64,000 nucleotides of DNA from Heptranchias perlo (lineage: Eukaryota), in assembly GCF_035084215.1 (NCBI RefSeq), contig NC_090357.1, positions 12,462,001 through 12,526,000 of the forward strand. Direction: 5' to 3'. The notes beneath the pieces were generated by a model. The model did not search any database, was not told the DNA's origin, and saw nothing but the letters and a program-made list of their open reading frames with translations. Made by a program: the position numbers and the translations under genes. Positions 1 to 12,880 of this stretch are shown piece after piece; the first letter of the stretch is position 1; every line of letters starts with the position of its first letter.

Positions 1-727
1 ACTCCATGGAGTGACCTCTGACACATTTAATGTCAATCACTGCATGGTTAACTGTACCTCTGTTTAATTCCACACTATATTGTGCCCATAGGACACTTTC
101 ATTAACTGCCATGAATTCAGATTAAAACGGTTCCAAAAATGTGACATTTGCCCTATTTAATATTCATCATCTCGTACTCCACTGTATTACGATTTCAACT
201 TCCATTGCACTGCTATAATCCACGAAGTATACAATAATGTAATATATTGCTGACTTAATTGAATATAAAATAGATTTGTACTTGTAGCACCCATTAGTTC
301 ATAATTAATTATGTGTCTGCTGTGCTTTAACAGCTGCTTTCCTGTTCTGCACACTGCAAACTCAAACTTGTCAGTGTAGTTTTTTTACTTACTTTGGGTC
401 TGACACCTTTATAAACAGCGATCAGAACATTTAAATTCCAGCACCATGCCCTCAAGTGTTTACATTACAAAATGACCATGATGTCAGAGTCACCTGTGGC
501 CACTACCAGCAGGTGCAAATGACACAGACCCTGCTCATAATGAAAACATTAGGCGAAATATCAAATGTAGCCCACTGCACCTAAGGAGGGAGTCTCAGAG
601 TCAGTTATAAGGATTCTGATTGACTTTAACATGCTTTGGGATTTTCTTTTGTTTTTTTTTCCCGAAAGAAAGTTATTTAGTATTTTGCTCTCTCTGTCTC
701 CTTGCTCAGTTCTCTGTGCCACATAAA

Positions 728-835
728 TAACAACAACTTGCATTTATATAGCACCTCTAACATAGTAAAACTGGAGCGTAATCAGACAAAAATTGACATC
801 GCGCCAAAGAAGGAGACATGATATTGGGAGGGCAG
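728..835 (-). mobile_element. L2-type LINE 3' tail fragment
   Basis: Reverse complement of the ...aaggtgctatataaatgcaagttgttgttg tail also ending the L2 copies at ~12720, ~22035 and ~46230. Confidence 0.65.
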
Positions 836-1566
836 CTGGTCTGTTCCCAGGTTTCTGTCAATCCTGGTTCTCTACATAGCCGCTGGGAAGTGTATGAAGC
901 AACTTTTGTTTGGCTTTCCCCCTCTCTCTGTGTACCTTATAAAATTTGGGACAAAGTTATCATTCATTTACTTTTTTACAGTAAGAGAGTCACTGGTTCA
1001 TACCCATGCACTGCCATACTTTGCGACAGTGCTTTGGAACACAAATGTACCATCCCATCCACCCCACCCTACCCTTCTGACATTTCCTTCAAGCAGACAG
1101 TGTTTATGACTTTGCAGAGGGCACTGACTGGCAGCAGTTATTAAGCCCAACAATATGAGGGCATCAAATTTAGATACCATAGTTTAAATGAGAAAAATCA
1201 TTGGCATCCTCTGGGTTAGTAAACGAATCTACTGATGTTAGTCCATTTCTTCACATTACTGGACTCGGTATCTATAGGATGCAATGCAGCTATCGAGGTT
1301 ACTTTGATAGCACCTCCTTGCCCCACGACTTCGATAGCACCTGCTAGGCTCATGACATCGACTGCCAAGAAGGTCAAGGGCATCAAGATCATGGGAACAC
1401 CGTCATCACGATGTACCCCTTCATATCACACATCAACCTGACTTTGATACATAGCAATGTTCTTTCATCATTACTGGGTACAAATCCTGGAATTCCATAT
1501 CTAACACAATTATGGGAACCCCAACACCACAAGGATGGCAATGGTTCAATTTGAAGGTTCATCACA

Positions 1567-2820
1567 TACAGGGTGGATAAAGGGGAACCAGTGGGCGTAG
1601 TGTATTTAGACTTCCAGAAGGCATTCGACAAGGTGCCACATAAAAGATTATTGCTCAAGATAAAGAATCACTGGATTGGGGGTAATATTCTGGCATGGGT
1701 GGAGGATTGGTTATCTAACAGGAAGCAGAGAGTTGGGATAAATGGTTCATTCTCGGACTGGCAACCAGTAGCCAGTGGTGTTCCGCAGGGGTCGGTGCTG
1801 GGTCCCCAACTCTTTATAATCTATATTAACGATTTGGAGGAGGGGACCGAGTGTAAAATATCAAAGTTGGCAGATGATACAAAGATGGGAGGGAAAGTAG
1901 AGAGTGAGGAGGACATAAAAAACCTACAAGGAGATATAGACAGGCTGGGTGAGTGGGCGGAGATTTGGCAGATGCAATACAATATTGGAAAATGTGAGGT
2001 TATGCACTTTGGCAGGAAAAATCAGAGAGCAAGTTATTATCTTAATGGCAAGAAACTGGAAAGTACTGCAGTACAAAGGGATCTGGGGGTCCTAGTGCAA
2101 GAAAATCAAAAAGTTAGTATGCAGGTGCAGCAGGTGATCAAGAAGGCCAACGGAATGTTGGATTTTATTGCTAGGGGGATAGAATATAAAAACAGGGAGG
2201 TATTGCTGCAGTTATATACGGTATTGGTGAGACCGCACCTGGAATACTGCATACAGTTTTGGTGTCCATACTTAAGAAAAGACATACTTGCTCTCGAGGC
2301 AGTACAAAGAAGGTTCACTCGGTTAATCCCGGGGATGAAGGGGTGGACATATGAAGAGAGGTTGAGTAGATTGGGATTCTACTCATTGGAGTTCAGAAGA
2401 ATGAGAGGCAATCTTATTGAAACATATAAGATTGTGAAGGGGCTTGATCGGGTGGATGCGGTAAGGATGTTCCCAAGGATGGGTGAAACTAGAACTAGGG
2501 GGCATAATCTTAGAATAAGGGGCTGCTCTTTCAAAACTGAGATGAGGAGAAACTTCTTCACTCAGAGGGTAGTAGGTCTGTGGAATTTGCTGCCCCAGGA
2601 AGCTGTGGAAGCTACATCATTAAATAAATTTAAAACAGAAATAGACAGTTTCCTAGAAGTACAGGGAATTAGGGGTTACGGGGAGCGGGCAGGAAATTGG
2701 ACATGAATTTAGATTTGAGGTTAGGATCAGATCAGCCATGATCTTATTGAATGGCGGAGCAGGCTCGAGGGGCTGATTGGCCTACTCCTGCTCCTATTTC
2801 TTATGTTCTTATGTTCTTAT
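1567..2820 (+). mobile_element. Young CR1 LINE, 5'-truncated
   Basis: RT ORF followed by 3' UTR ending in (ttcttatg)n; short atcac repeat at both junctions (1561-1565, 2819-2823). Confidence 0.95.
1573..2706 (+). CDS. CR1 ORF2 reverse transcriptase, C-terminal portion (likely non-functional)
   Basis: Motifs YLDFQKAFDKVPH, GVPQGSVLGP, LADDTK (FADD equivalent), RPHLEYC, RTRGH; endonuclease and N-terminus missing. Confidence 0.9.
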   Translation: MDKGEPVGVVYLDFQKAFDKVPHKRLLLKIKNHWIGGNILAWVEDWLSNRKQRVGINGSFSDWQPVASGVPQGSVLGPQLFIIYINDLEEGTECKISKLADDTKMGGKVESEEDIKNLQGDIDRLGEWAEIWQMQYNIGKCEVMHFGRKNQRASYYLNGKKLESTAVQRDLGVLVQENQKVSMQVQQVIKKANGMLDFIARGIEYKNREVLLQLYTVLVRPHLEYCIQFWCPYLRKDILALEAVQRRFTRLIPGMKGWTYEERLSRLGFYSLEFRRMRGNLIETYKIVKGLDRVDAVRMFPRMGETRTRGHNLRIRGCSFKTEMRRNFFTQRVVGLWNLLPQEAVEATSLNKFKTEIDSFLEVQGIRGYGERAGNWT

Positions 2821-3104
2821 CACCATCTTTTGAGGGCATCTAAGGGTGGGCAATAAATGCAGACTTGCCAGCATTACCCACATCCCAAGAACAAATTGAA
2901 AAAAACTCTGAAAACCACAATTATGTCATCAGCCCTCAATTTTGAAATAAAAAATAGCTTTAAAAAAAGAACAAAAAATAACGAGGTTGATTTGGTTAAG
3001 ATTGTTGTGACTAGGGTGGAAATCTGTCTGCACAGATCAACTTTGGACAGAAATGTAGTCATAAAATGACTTTACAGCAGACATTGCAATATAAGTGGTG
3101 TGTA

Positions 3105-3205
3105 CGAGAGAGAGAGAGAGACATGACATGAGGTTGCAGGTGAGAGACAGACATGATGTTACAGGCGAGAGAGAGAGAGACGTGAGGTTACAGGTGAGAG
3201 ACTAA
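3105..3205. repeat. GA-rich degenerate tandem repeat
   Basis: (GA)n runs alternating with a catga/gttacaggtgagag unit, about 3 times. Confidence 0.7.
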
Positions 3206-3409
3206 ATGGGAGAACATCCCAGGAGCAGAGGTGGATTGAGTACGTAATGTGTTTTTATCTGATTATGCTCCTGTGAAACATCTTGAGACATTTTACTACG
3301 TTAAAGGCACTATGTAAATGTAAGTTGTTGTGCGCATTTTTTCATGCTGTCATTTGTACATACCCATTTTGCTGTGGTCATGTGTTCTTAGGGGACGTCA
3401 TTAATTTAT

Positions 3410-3695
3410 ATATTTTAAGGTAGTTGGCAAAAGAGCCAATAAGGTGAAATGAGGAGAAATTTTTTAATGCAGCAAGTTATTATAATCTGAAATGCACTGC
3501 CTAAAGGGTGGTGGAAGCAGATTCAATAATAACTTTCAAAAGGAAATGGGATAAATACTTGAAGGGGAAACATTTGCAGGGCTATGGGGAAAGGGCAGGG
3601 GAATGGGACTAATTGGATTGCTCTTTCAAAGAGCCAGCACAGGCACGATGGGCTGAATGGCCTCCTTCTGTGCTGTATCATTCTATGAATCCTGT
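3410..3695 (+). mobile_element. CR1-clade (HER1-like) LINE 3' end
   Basis: Tail gatgggctgaatggcctccttctgtgctgtatcattctatga, resembling the HE1 SINE/HER1 tail; same tail at ~38580 and ~61280. Confidence 0.75.
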
Positions 3696-6226
3696 ATAGT
3701 TGTTTACTTTTTAAAGGAATCATAGAAAAAAAATCACTTAAGAGATTTTGGTCCACGGGCCAGTAATTCCCCATTTATTTGCAAAATGTCTTCTATGAAA
3801 TCCTTCTTCATTTTCAAAATGGAATAATAATTTCCCTCCTGCCCACTTTTAAAACAAATGGAATTCACAGTTCTTGAGTGGTCAGACCAAGTCAGATAAA
3901 ACCAACCATCCAGAATGTTTCAAGGTGCAGTTGCATGACGACTTTAGTGTTATTGTGAAGTGATGTTGGCTTAGCATTAACCTTAATGTTGCAAATCTAG
4001 AGTGGGGGCTTGAGCTGATTCTGGAGAGGGCAGTGTGACACTCTTTGGAGGAGGCAGTCTCACATTACTTTGGTTTGAAACCATGTGGAATGTAATTCTG
4101 GTGCTGTGTCAAACTGGGCATAAAACATACCTGGGGCTTCACTGGCCCTCTGGACACCTTTAAAACCTACCTACAGTTTATTTAACTGCGTGGACTTGCC
4201 ACCTGCATTTTCTAAACATTTAAAACTTAATTGCTGGGAGAGGATCTCAGCACATGAATGCAAATACATGAATCTCATTGCAGCTGTCTAATGGAAATAG
4301 AAAAAATAAGAGCTAATTGTGACGAGATTGACCATACTCCATTACAATCAGTTATTCAATCGGTTGTAGCCAAATGGCTTGGAATCGGTAAGACATATTT
4401 CCAATGCAAAGAAGCAGATTGTCTCAAACAGCAGCATGTAAGGGTAAGCCAAGCGCCCCTGCACTGCTGCCCTTCCATATTAGTATGATTTGTTTTGTTG
4501 TAAGTTCTTTCATTTTTAAGCAGGTTTGTGTTTTAAGTGTTAATGCACACCGATAATCCAGCGTGACTGTTGCCTTTTGACCTGGGCCATTGATCTCATT
4601 GCAAAGCCTAAATGTATTAATTGAATGTGAGAATAATGGCATAATTTTACTGATCCCACCCTCTCAACAGAGAGTTGTAGTCAAATGTGCGCGGTCAGAG
4701 AATCAGTGCTACTGTGCTGTAGTCCTCTCTCGGAGTCATAATCCCTTCAAGCCTGCTGCAAATCTTATTTCAGTAGCTAAGATTGTAACACTTAGCATTT
4801 TTGGAATACTATTACCTATTAAGTAAAGTCTTTGCTTTTTCATTTGACTGAATTTTTAAATTAGTTTTGTGTTTTTGCATGCACAACAGGATGCAGCTGG
4901 AGGGAACTGTAATGAGGACAGGTGTCTCCCAAAATTGATCTTGATGGTTACTGAGAGCGCAGATAGATTCAAGATGATTTGCAACCAGATGCAAATGGAG
5001 AAGCATCGAACCTTTTCATGATCGAGTGTCTGCTACAACATTCCTTGTTCAGCAAGTGATAGGTAGCTCTGTGTTTGAACATCAGCATATGAAGGACCAA
5101 GTCAATGATACTGTATGGGAGGCACAAAGTTCACAAGTGGTATTTCTAGCAGACATTTTAGATTGAGAAATAATGTTCATAAGCAGCTGCAGAAGCTTTT
5201 GTGTTCCTGGCAGAAATATAGTGGTTTGCCTTAAATGCTGGAAACTCTCCTGGAACCGATCTGGTCATCATGGTGTAAAGAACTTGTGGCCTAACCACAT
5301 CTCAGTGATGTAACAGAGAGCAGGATGTGACATGGAGTAGGGTATCCTACTCTAGTTCATTGATGTTAAACAGACATCCCCTTTATGAAAAATTGATTGG
5401 CAAACTGTTTTTTGTTTGTTTACAAATGCACAATGCAATCATGTAAATCTGGTTGAAAAACACCATTACATTACTTTCATGGCCTCCTACATTGTTTCAA
5501 CAAAGCTCAAAATAGGTTTCAACAGCAGTGTCTTATCTGTTTTATCCTTTCCTTGAATACTCTGCATCTCTCTGGCCTGAAGGTAATTTTTTTCTATTGC
5601 CTTATTGTGATAATCTTTTACATCATCTAACGATGGACAGTTTTTCTTTTAAGCAGGGTAGGAGGTCATTAAACCAATACTTCCTCTCTATTTTTAGGCT
5701 AAATGTTCTTTTTGGATTAAACTGACCATACTCATATGCAGATCCGAGGAAAAAATCTTGGAACAAAGGATATTTCCAACTCAGAGCTGCCAATCAAACA
5801 GATATTTTAAAAGATGCAATCACATAGGATGTTACGCATTGAACGGAATGGTTGTATCCATTGAGCTGTTCCAAACAGGCTGATTAACCTGTGATTGCAG
5901 GTTGTGCAGCCGACTAGCAGGGGGACAACTGGATAGAATGGTGCCAATGGTTTGGTACTCAACAGACATCAGTTTGTTAAACTCTTTTTTATTCGATGGA
6001 CGCATATTAATGGTTTCAGCATACCAGGCCATAATATATATATTCTCTGCAGCATTCAGAAACAGCTGGCAGTTTAGCTACTCAAGGGTTTGCTGTGACC
6101 AGCCAGAACAAATCTAATAAATAATCTATCATGGATAAAAAATACTTAATTTCTATCATTGCGATATGAATCTGAGACTAACACTGAAAGTATAGATTTT
6201 TTAGGGTTTCAATCCTTTGAGCATTA

Positions 6227-6437
6227 TGGGGTAGATTTTCCTGGTCCTACGCCTGTCCTCAATAAGCACAGGAGGAGTGCACAAACTTAAAGGAGCTAAG
6301 TTACCATCCATTAATTTAAATTGGATGGAAGTCAGGTGGAGTCCCTTATGGGTGCACTGCTCCTCGCCTGAATTTCCTGTACTCAGTGTGCCCAGGTGAT
6401 CAGTATGCCCGGGCACAAGACGAGGAATATCTACTCG
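6227..6437. mobile_element. MITE-like non-autonomous DNA element
   Basis: Imperfect TIR gggtagattttcct / aggaatatctactc with a central palindrome ccatccattaatttaaattggatgg. Confidence 0.55.
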
Positions 6438-8185
6438 TATATTTTTAATAAGGCTCCATTTCCATCAGATTTTAGGAGATTGATTTTATCTGTTTAGATT
6501 GTGGACTTTGAAATTTCTGCCAAGTTTCTACAATGGCAGTTTACCTCTGTATCTGATTTGTAGATTAGCTTGTAACACTATTCCGTGCTTGGATTAGGAT
6601 TGCTGTAGACAGAGGAACAAAAGTAAAAGTTCAGAAAAGGACCAGTTCTTAATATTTATATTTCAGCCCATTTAATTCCTCAGGTTTCAACTGAATGTAA
6701 ATTCAAACATTTTACACCACAAAGCCTTATTTAGTACAAGTTGTGGTTAGTATGCAGAGAATGACTGACAAGCATTGGGCTTGTAATACTGAATATGCTG
6801 AATAATAAAAAAAAAATCATAGAGTTAGGAAACATTTCATACTGGAACCATTTAAAGTTTTGTAACCACAACAGGCATGCAATACAATGTGCCTGATATT
6901 TACTGTTGTGTGTTCGTTTTAACGAATCTGTAAATGAATTGTTTCCAAATATGTTTACAGATGAGTTAAAACTAGCGCACACAGGAAAATTAGGCACGTA
7001 TTTGACATTAATAAACTTGTACAGCATTGTCAGTCAAGACCTTGTAATTCAAGCCACATCTTGTGATGCTGTAACCTTGAAGTCTTCCAGTGCAATCAAC
7101 AGCTACATATGCGGTCCTAAGTGGCAATTCATCAGTTATATAACTGGCCACTGATCATCTCTAGCATATAACATCAAGGGATTTAAGACAAAACAATGAT
7201 TTAGTACATACACAAAAAAAACGTACCAGGGAGTGAACTATAGGGGTCATTCGATCTCAGAATTCAGAGTTGTTTTTCTCTTTATCTTGATGGTCTCGGA
7301 CAGTAAGACGGTTTTATTATTTGTTGTTTAACTTTCAATATTTTTGTATTGATGCCCAGTTAATACTTTGGCTGACCTTGTGGAGGTTCATTTTAATGCA
7401 TGTTAATTAAGAACTGTTTAGGCTATTATTTTAATACCAGCAGATCACCCATGATGTTGCTCATGCTAAGTCTGTTATCTTCTAAGGAAATAAAGCATTA
7501 CATCATGTAACACTTGTGATAGAACGAGGGATCCATCTTGCTTTGATCATCAAGAATCTCTCATTAGGAATGTGTATCTGTGCCAGTATTATAACAGCTT
7601 TAAACTGTGTTGGTTTTCTGCAAGATATTCCTTTTGTCTTGGTATCTTTTTTGGTCCGGACAAATGGTTTGATTGTGTCTTCCGACAGTTGGCTAAGAAA
7701 GGAAGAATGAACTTGCACTTACATAGTATTGTAAACAATTTTACAACACCAAGTTATAGTCCAGCAATTTTATTTTAAATTCACAAGCTTTCGGAGGCTT
7801 CCTCCTTCCTCAGGTGAATGTTGTGGAAAAAAATCATGGCTTACATAGTATTGGCTGTCTCACCAGCAGAAAGATGATATCAATTAAGCATCTTGTCTAC
7901 CTGTACTGTATTAACTTGCAGATTTTGGGGATGTACATTAACTTTCTAAACAAAATTTGTTTAATGAGGTAGTAGTTACTGTTATTCCTAAATGCTGATG
8001 TTTTCACATCTTCACACTCTTCCCTTGGACAAGGGTGTAAAGATTTGCAGGCTGATTAACAGTCTGACAGGCCGTGACATGAATGCTCCTTCCATGGCCA
8101 TAATCATCTTTATATCAGCCGGTAAGATGGTTAGTTGTATACAATGAGAGGGTTTTATGGGTTCCCACACCCCATACAACAAGCT

Positions 8186-8365
8186 GGGGGGGGGGGGGGG
8201 TCACCCACACCCACACCCACACCCACACCCACCCGGCTCGTGTATCCTGCTGGATGTAAACCCAGACCCCAGAGCCGGAGCTGCAGTCTCCACTCACCAG
8301 GGCTGTCTGAAGTGGGGTTCAAACCCTGCACCTTCTCACTCAATGCTATCACTAAGCTAAAGGCT
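8186..8365 (-). repeat. G-homopolymer plus (CACACC)n array next to a tRNA-head-like SINE fragment
   Basis: G15 at 8186-8200 and ~5 CACACC units; the minus strand of 8310-8365 reads like A/B boxes (tagcttagtgatag...gtttgaacccc). Confidence 0.5.
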
Positions 8366-8751
8366 CTTCCTATTGCTAAATGCTGAACTAACAAAATAAA
8401 TGTTGTTTTTCAAAAGTCAGCCAGGTGCCTATTTTGTCAGGATTAGTATCTGTCAGTCAAAGCAAATGTCATTTGATTACTGGCAATCAAGGTGGTATGT
8501 GAGCCTTTGTCTCTGGTGCTTTATACCATATTAAGTGCTAATTGTTTGTCTCGTGGCATGTGTAAAGAATGCAGTTGTCGAGGTCATTATGGAGCTGGGA
8601 GAAAGTCCTTTAAATTGGGTGTAGTATGTGTTGTAACCAAAAATATTCTTAAAAACTCATACATTGATTAAAATACTTGAAAAGAATCAGGTACTGCATT
8701 GCAGTGAAGGATATTGAAAACCTCAGTGGTGTGATTCATAGAAAGTTCATT

Positions 8752-8990
8752 TTCAGCTTGGCTTAGTTGATAGCATTCTAGCCTCTAAGTCAGAAGGTCA
8801 TGGGTTCAAGTCCCACTCCAGAGGCTTAAGCACATCATCTACAGTGACACTTCAGTGCAGTATTGAGGGAGTGCTGCATTGTCGGAGGTGCCATCTTTGA
8901 GATTAGTTAAATTGTGGCTCAATCTGCCTGTAGAGGCAGAAGATCCCATGGTAATATTCAAAGAAGAATGGGGAGCTCTCATGGTGTCAA
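8752..8990 (+). mobile_element. Deu-domain SINE (SacSINE1/AmnSINE-like), 5' half
   Basis: tRNA-like head with B box gggttcaagtccc, then gtgctgcattgtcggaggtgccatctttga...gatcccatgg. Confidence 0.75.
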
Positions 8991-8997
8991 GCTTTAT

Positions 8998-10160
8998 GAA
9001 GCTCAGCACAAGCTTGAGGAATAGCACTTCATCTAGGCATTTTACAGCTTTCCAGACTTAACATTGAGTTTAACAACTGTAGAACTTAACAGACAGCAGG
9101 TGCTGGTATCGTTGGATAGCTGCGCCAGAGCCATTGGGAGTGGAGGAGGGTTGGTACTTGGGGTGGAGATCTCCTGTCGACACACAACCGACGGGGGGTC
9201 TACCTGCCTTTCTTCAGCCACATTCATGTGCCATGAGAGCCTTCTCTTTGCCAGATTGCCCAATCTTCCCTCTGTAGGATATCTTTTCTCTTGTTCAGAA
9301 TACAAAAGGCTCAAGATCAAGTGAGGCACTATTATTTTTCTAACTTTAAAGAATTTAATTTGACATACAGACACAACAGTTTTTACCAGAATGGAAGTAG
9401 TAGCTTCTCATACAACCTTTTTCCAGCGAGTACAATTCAAGACAAAGGATTGACCAAGTCCCTTATTCTTTGGAGAATAAAAAGGTTCATTTCCTACACC
9501 ATCTTGTCCTGACGGTGCTGTGGTTCTCCTGAAAACCCTTGTAGAATGAAATGTTTTTTATGTTTTTCCTTCAAAATCTGCTGTTTTTTTAACACTGAAG
9601 AATTTGTCAGATCCACAGGCCTTACTTCCTTACCTCTGCAACGGTTAGTATTGTTTCTTCTTATCATTTCCTCAGGTCTTGTAGCTTCCACTCTTGGTGA
9701 CACATACCAATATTGTAGTAAACACCATGATCCTTTGCAGAACATGTAAATAGCCTGATTTCCCAACATTCTGATTTTGCTCAAGTTGACAGTTCTGTGT
9801 TCTTTTACCAAATAATCGAGAGTTTCAAGTCCATTCTTTTAGTCTTCCATCAAAACGAGTATTAAAAGTCCATATTGAAAAGTCCAAAATCCTTCAGATC
9901 CCTCCTCCTCTGCTATTATGATGTAACCATTTACACCTTCTCTGGACCCATCTTTTGTTTCTATACTTGTCTCATTATCACCTCATTTTGCTTAGCACCA
10001 TCATCACTTTTGTTATTTAATCACTCCTATTCTTCACCCTATCACAGACCTCTCCTTTTTAGTTCTTTTCTTGTCCCTCCCCCTTTTGCCTGGCACTGCA
10101 CTTGCTTAAAAATAGTTCTGATGAAAGGTCATCGACCTGAACTGCTAACTCTGTTTCTCT
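8998..10160 (+). mobile_element. Penelope-like element 3' remnant, split by a ~0.8-kb insert (pieces ~8998-9113 and ~9910-10160)
   Basis: Degenerate GIY-YIG C-terminus (KLEE.H...LNIEFNN); both pieces are collinear with the reverse complement of 52720-53145. Confidence 0.65.
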
Positions 10161-11954
10161 ATATAAATGGAATTCTTTCTTTTCTGTAAAACGTAACAGC
10201 GTTGCAATTCCGCTGATTAACAGATGGCATGAACTTGTGGAAAATTAATCCTATGTCCTACTTTGCATAGTGGTTTTGCCATCAATGTGATTGCAAAATG
10301 TGCAGAACTTGATTAAATACATGCAAAAACAACTCTGACTGTTGCTTTTGTATAGTTTGTAAAAAAAACATTTGGTAAGAGAAAGATAAATCATTTGTGG
10401 CACTGTTTACACACCATACTGTGACATCAACAAATGGCAGTGTAAATCATTCTTATTGAAGCTTATAGATGCAAGTACTTTCTCAAAATACCTGTAATCA
10501 AATACTAGTGTGAGACAGTGTAAGTATTAAAGCCAACTTCCAAATTAACTTCGATATCACATGATTACTGTTCTCAAATTTGTGGACTTTACCAGCCTCT
10601 CTTATTCAAATGCCCATTTGTACTCAACATGCAATGGGTTTAAGTTAACATGGGCTGTGCCAGGTTTGTGTAATTAGTGTTATTTTACCACCTTTGGTAA
10701 TGTACAGCAATCAGCAGTAAATCTAAGTTAACATCTCACACAAGATGTCCTGGGGCTGAGGGTCTGTAACATCTTTCTGCAATTTAATATTTGCTAAGAC
10801 ACATTTTTACAAAAGTTTTAACAACCATGTAGATGCTCTGGGAGATATGAGTAATCAGCCAACACGTTTCATGATCTCATGATGAATTATTACCACTTTA
10901 TTGACACTATCGGCAATACATTTATCACATTTTGTGACCTATAAATCTTAAGTTGGTGTAAAAATGCTAAGTTTAGTTACTGTTAGCTTTTCCTGTCAGA
11001 TGTTATTAGGCTCACCTGTGGTTCTGGGGGTCTGTATGCTTCAGTGAAAGGCTTATTTTGGCACAGAGTGATCCTGGTGGAATAAAGCCTCGGCCAGACA
11101 CTATTAAGGAACTTCTTGTTCCAGCTGACGTAACCAAGAACTGAAGATTTAGGAATAGTTGGCACGGGCCCATGTTCTACGTAATACCAACCTGCTGTAT
11201 GTTAATTGAAACTCAGCTTTTCCATTGATTCATAGACTGAATATTACTATAAGAGCTGTTGGGCTCCTTCCTCCAGGTAGCTTTCAGCCAGCAAGGAATG
11301 CCTAAAGAGGTGGAGCTGTTAGCTGCCTGCACAGGAACTTTTGTATTAAAGCCCCTACCTCATCTACTCCCTTACTTAAATGGAGCAAAGTAGACAACAG
11401 TGAACAGTACACTGTCACAAAATATATTTGCTGAATGTTGACATCATGATCTAGACTGTGCACATGCCAAGTGGTACGTTCATGAGTTGAGTTTTGTTAA
11501 TTCTTTTTAAAAATACATGTATATCTGAACTCAAATTACATCATCTTAAGCACTCCTATGCAGGTGTTACACAAACATTTTAATGATTTTTTGGCTGCTT
11601 TTATGAACACTTATTTGTGCCAAATAATGAAGATAAAATATCAGTTGTGAAAAGTTCAATTAAGACCTGATGTTTTATGTAGATTGCTTATGATTTAATA
11701 GAATAGAGAAGATGCACAAATCACAAATTTTATTAATACTGTTCATGGAATTATTGTAATAACGAAACATTTTTTATAAAGCTCTTTTCAGCCCGTTCTT
11801 GCATTTCAGCCTTTGTGTGGTGATTGTGGCTTTCATCAGCTTGCCATACAGGACGTTTCGAACTGTGGACTTTTCTCTGGCATTATCAGTGATACCATTA
11901 TAAATCTTTTTCCATTTCAGAAAAATAGTATCCATGCTCCCCTGATAGATCAGT

Positions 11955-12880
11955 GAATTTATCCAGTGAGTAGCCAAGCCATAGAGACCAGGAAGATCCC
12001 AAGTTTTATCCCTGGTATGAGCTGAGTTAGCTGATCTTGGTTGTCCTAAAGAACTCTGGATTAGGGAGGGAAAAATAATCAGAATTCCTGCTTCTTATCA
12101 GTTCACAGTGACTGTTGCTTAGGTGACATGTGTGCATGTGTGCGTGCATGCGCGTGCGATATCCATGCTTTTGTTACCTCTAGATTTGACTATTCCAATG
12201 GTTTCCTAGTTTAGATTCCTATCTTCCACCCTCCATAAACTTGAGCTCAACCAAAACTCTGCTGCCCATATTCTAACCCGCACCAAGTCCCGTTCATCCA
12301 TCACCCCTGTGGTCGCTGATCTACGTTGGCTCCAGGTCCACCAACACTTTCAAAATTTTCATTCTCATGTTCAAATTGCTCCATGTCCTCATCTCCCTAT
12401 TTCTGTAACCTTCTTCAGAACTGCAACCCTCCAAGAACTCTGCATCCCTCCAACTCTGTCCTCTTGTGCATCCCACCTCTGGCGGCCGTGCCTTCAGCTG
12501 TCTAGGCCCTAAGCTCTAGAATTCCCTCCCTAAACCTCTCTGCCTCTCCAACTTTCTCTCCTTTTTAAGATGCTCCTTAAAACCCATCTCTTTGACCAAG
12601 CTTTTAGTCACCTGTCCTGATATCTCCTTCTTTGGCTCGCTGTTAATTTTCACCTGATCACGTACCTGTGAAGTGCCTTTATTATGTTAAAGGTGCTATA
12701 TAAATGCAAATTGTTGTTGTCTTTGTGTGTGTGTCTGCGGATATGAGGATAGAATCAGGCTCGGCTGTGATGCAGTTGCATCCAAATAGACTGCTAACAC
12801 CTACTGTCAAGGCTCATGAATGAATAATGGCCACCAAAGCACAGTACTAGAGGGTAACTAATGCGCCAGCATTAATAGTG
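11955..12880 (+). mobile_element. Old tRNA-derived SINE-like repeat interrupted by an L2 fragment
   Basis: Pieces ~11955-12160 and ~12720-12880 resemble 35215-35600, 17110-17280 and (minus strand) 53490-53750 and 59870-60080. Confidence 0.5.
12162..12720 (+). mobile_element. L2 LINE 3' fragment
   Basis: Encodes HAFVTSRFDYSN...QNSAAHILTRTKSRSSITPVVADLRWL, typical of the L2 ORF2 end; ends in the tgttgttg tail. Confidence 0.85.

Larger units (their letters stand above)
1270..2905 (+). mobile_element. Old CR1/L2-group LINE ('family B') 3' fragment, split by a young CR1 insertion (pieces ~1270-1565 and 2821-2905)
   Basis: Both pieces are diverged matches to the better-preserved copy at 58905-59680, including the gggcaataaatgc...cacatccca tail. 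Confidence 0.7.

Noticed and set aside
2106-2561. Antisense ORFs repeated three times (MNLLCTAS..., MKKFLLIS...)
   Set aside because: They are shadow frames of the CR1 RT and recur only because the LINE recurs
12125-12160. Alternating purine-pyrimidine tracts as functional Z-DNA (also ~19407-19431)
   Set aside because: Short microsatellite-like runs with no supporting context
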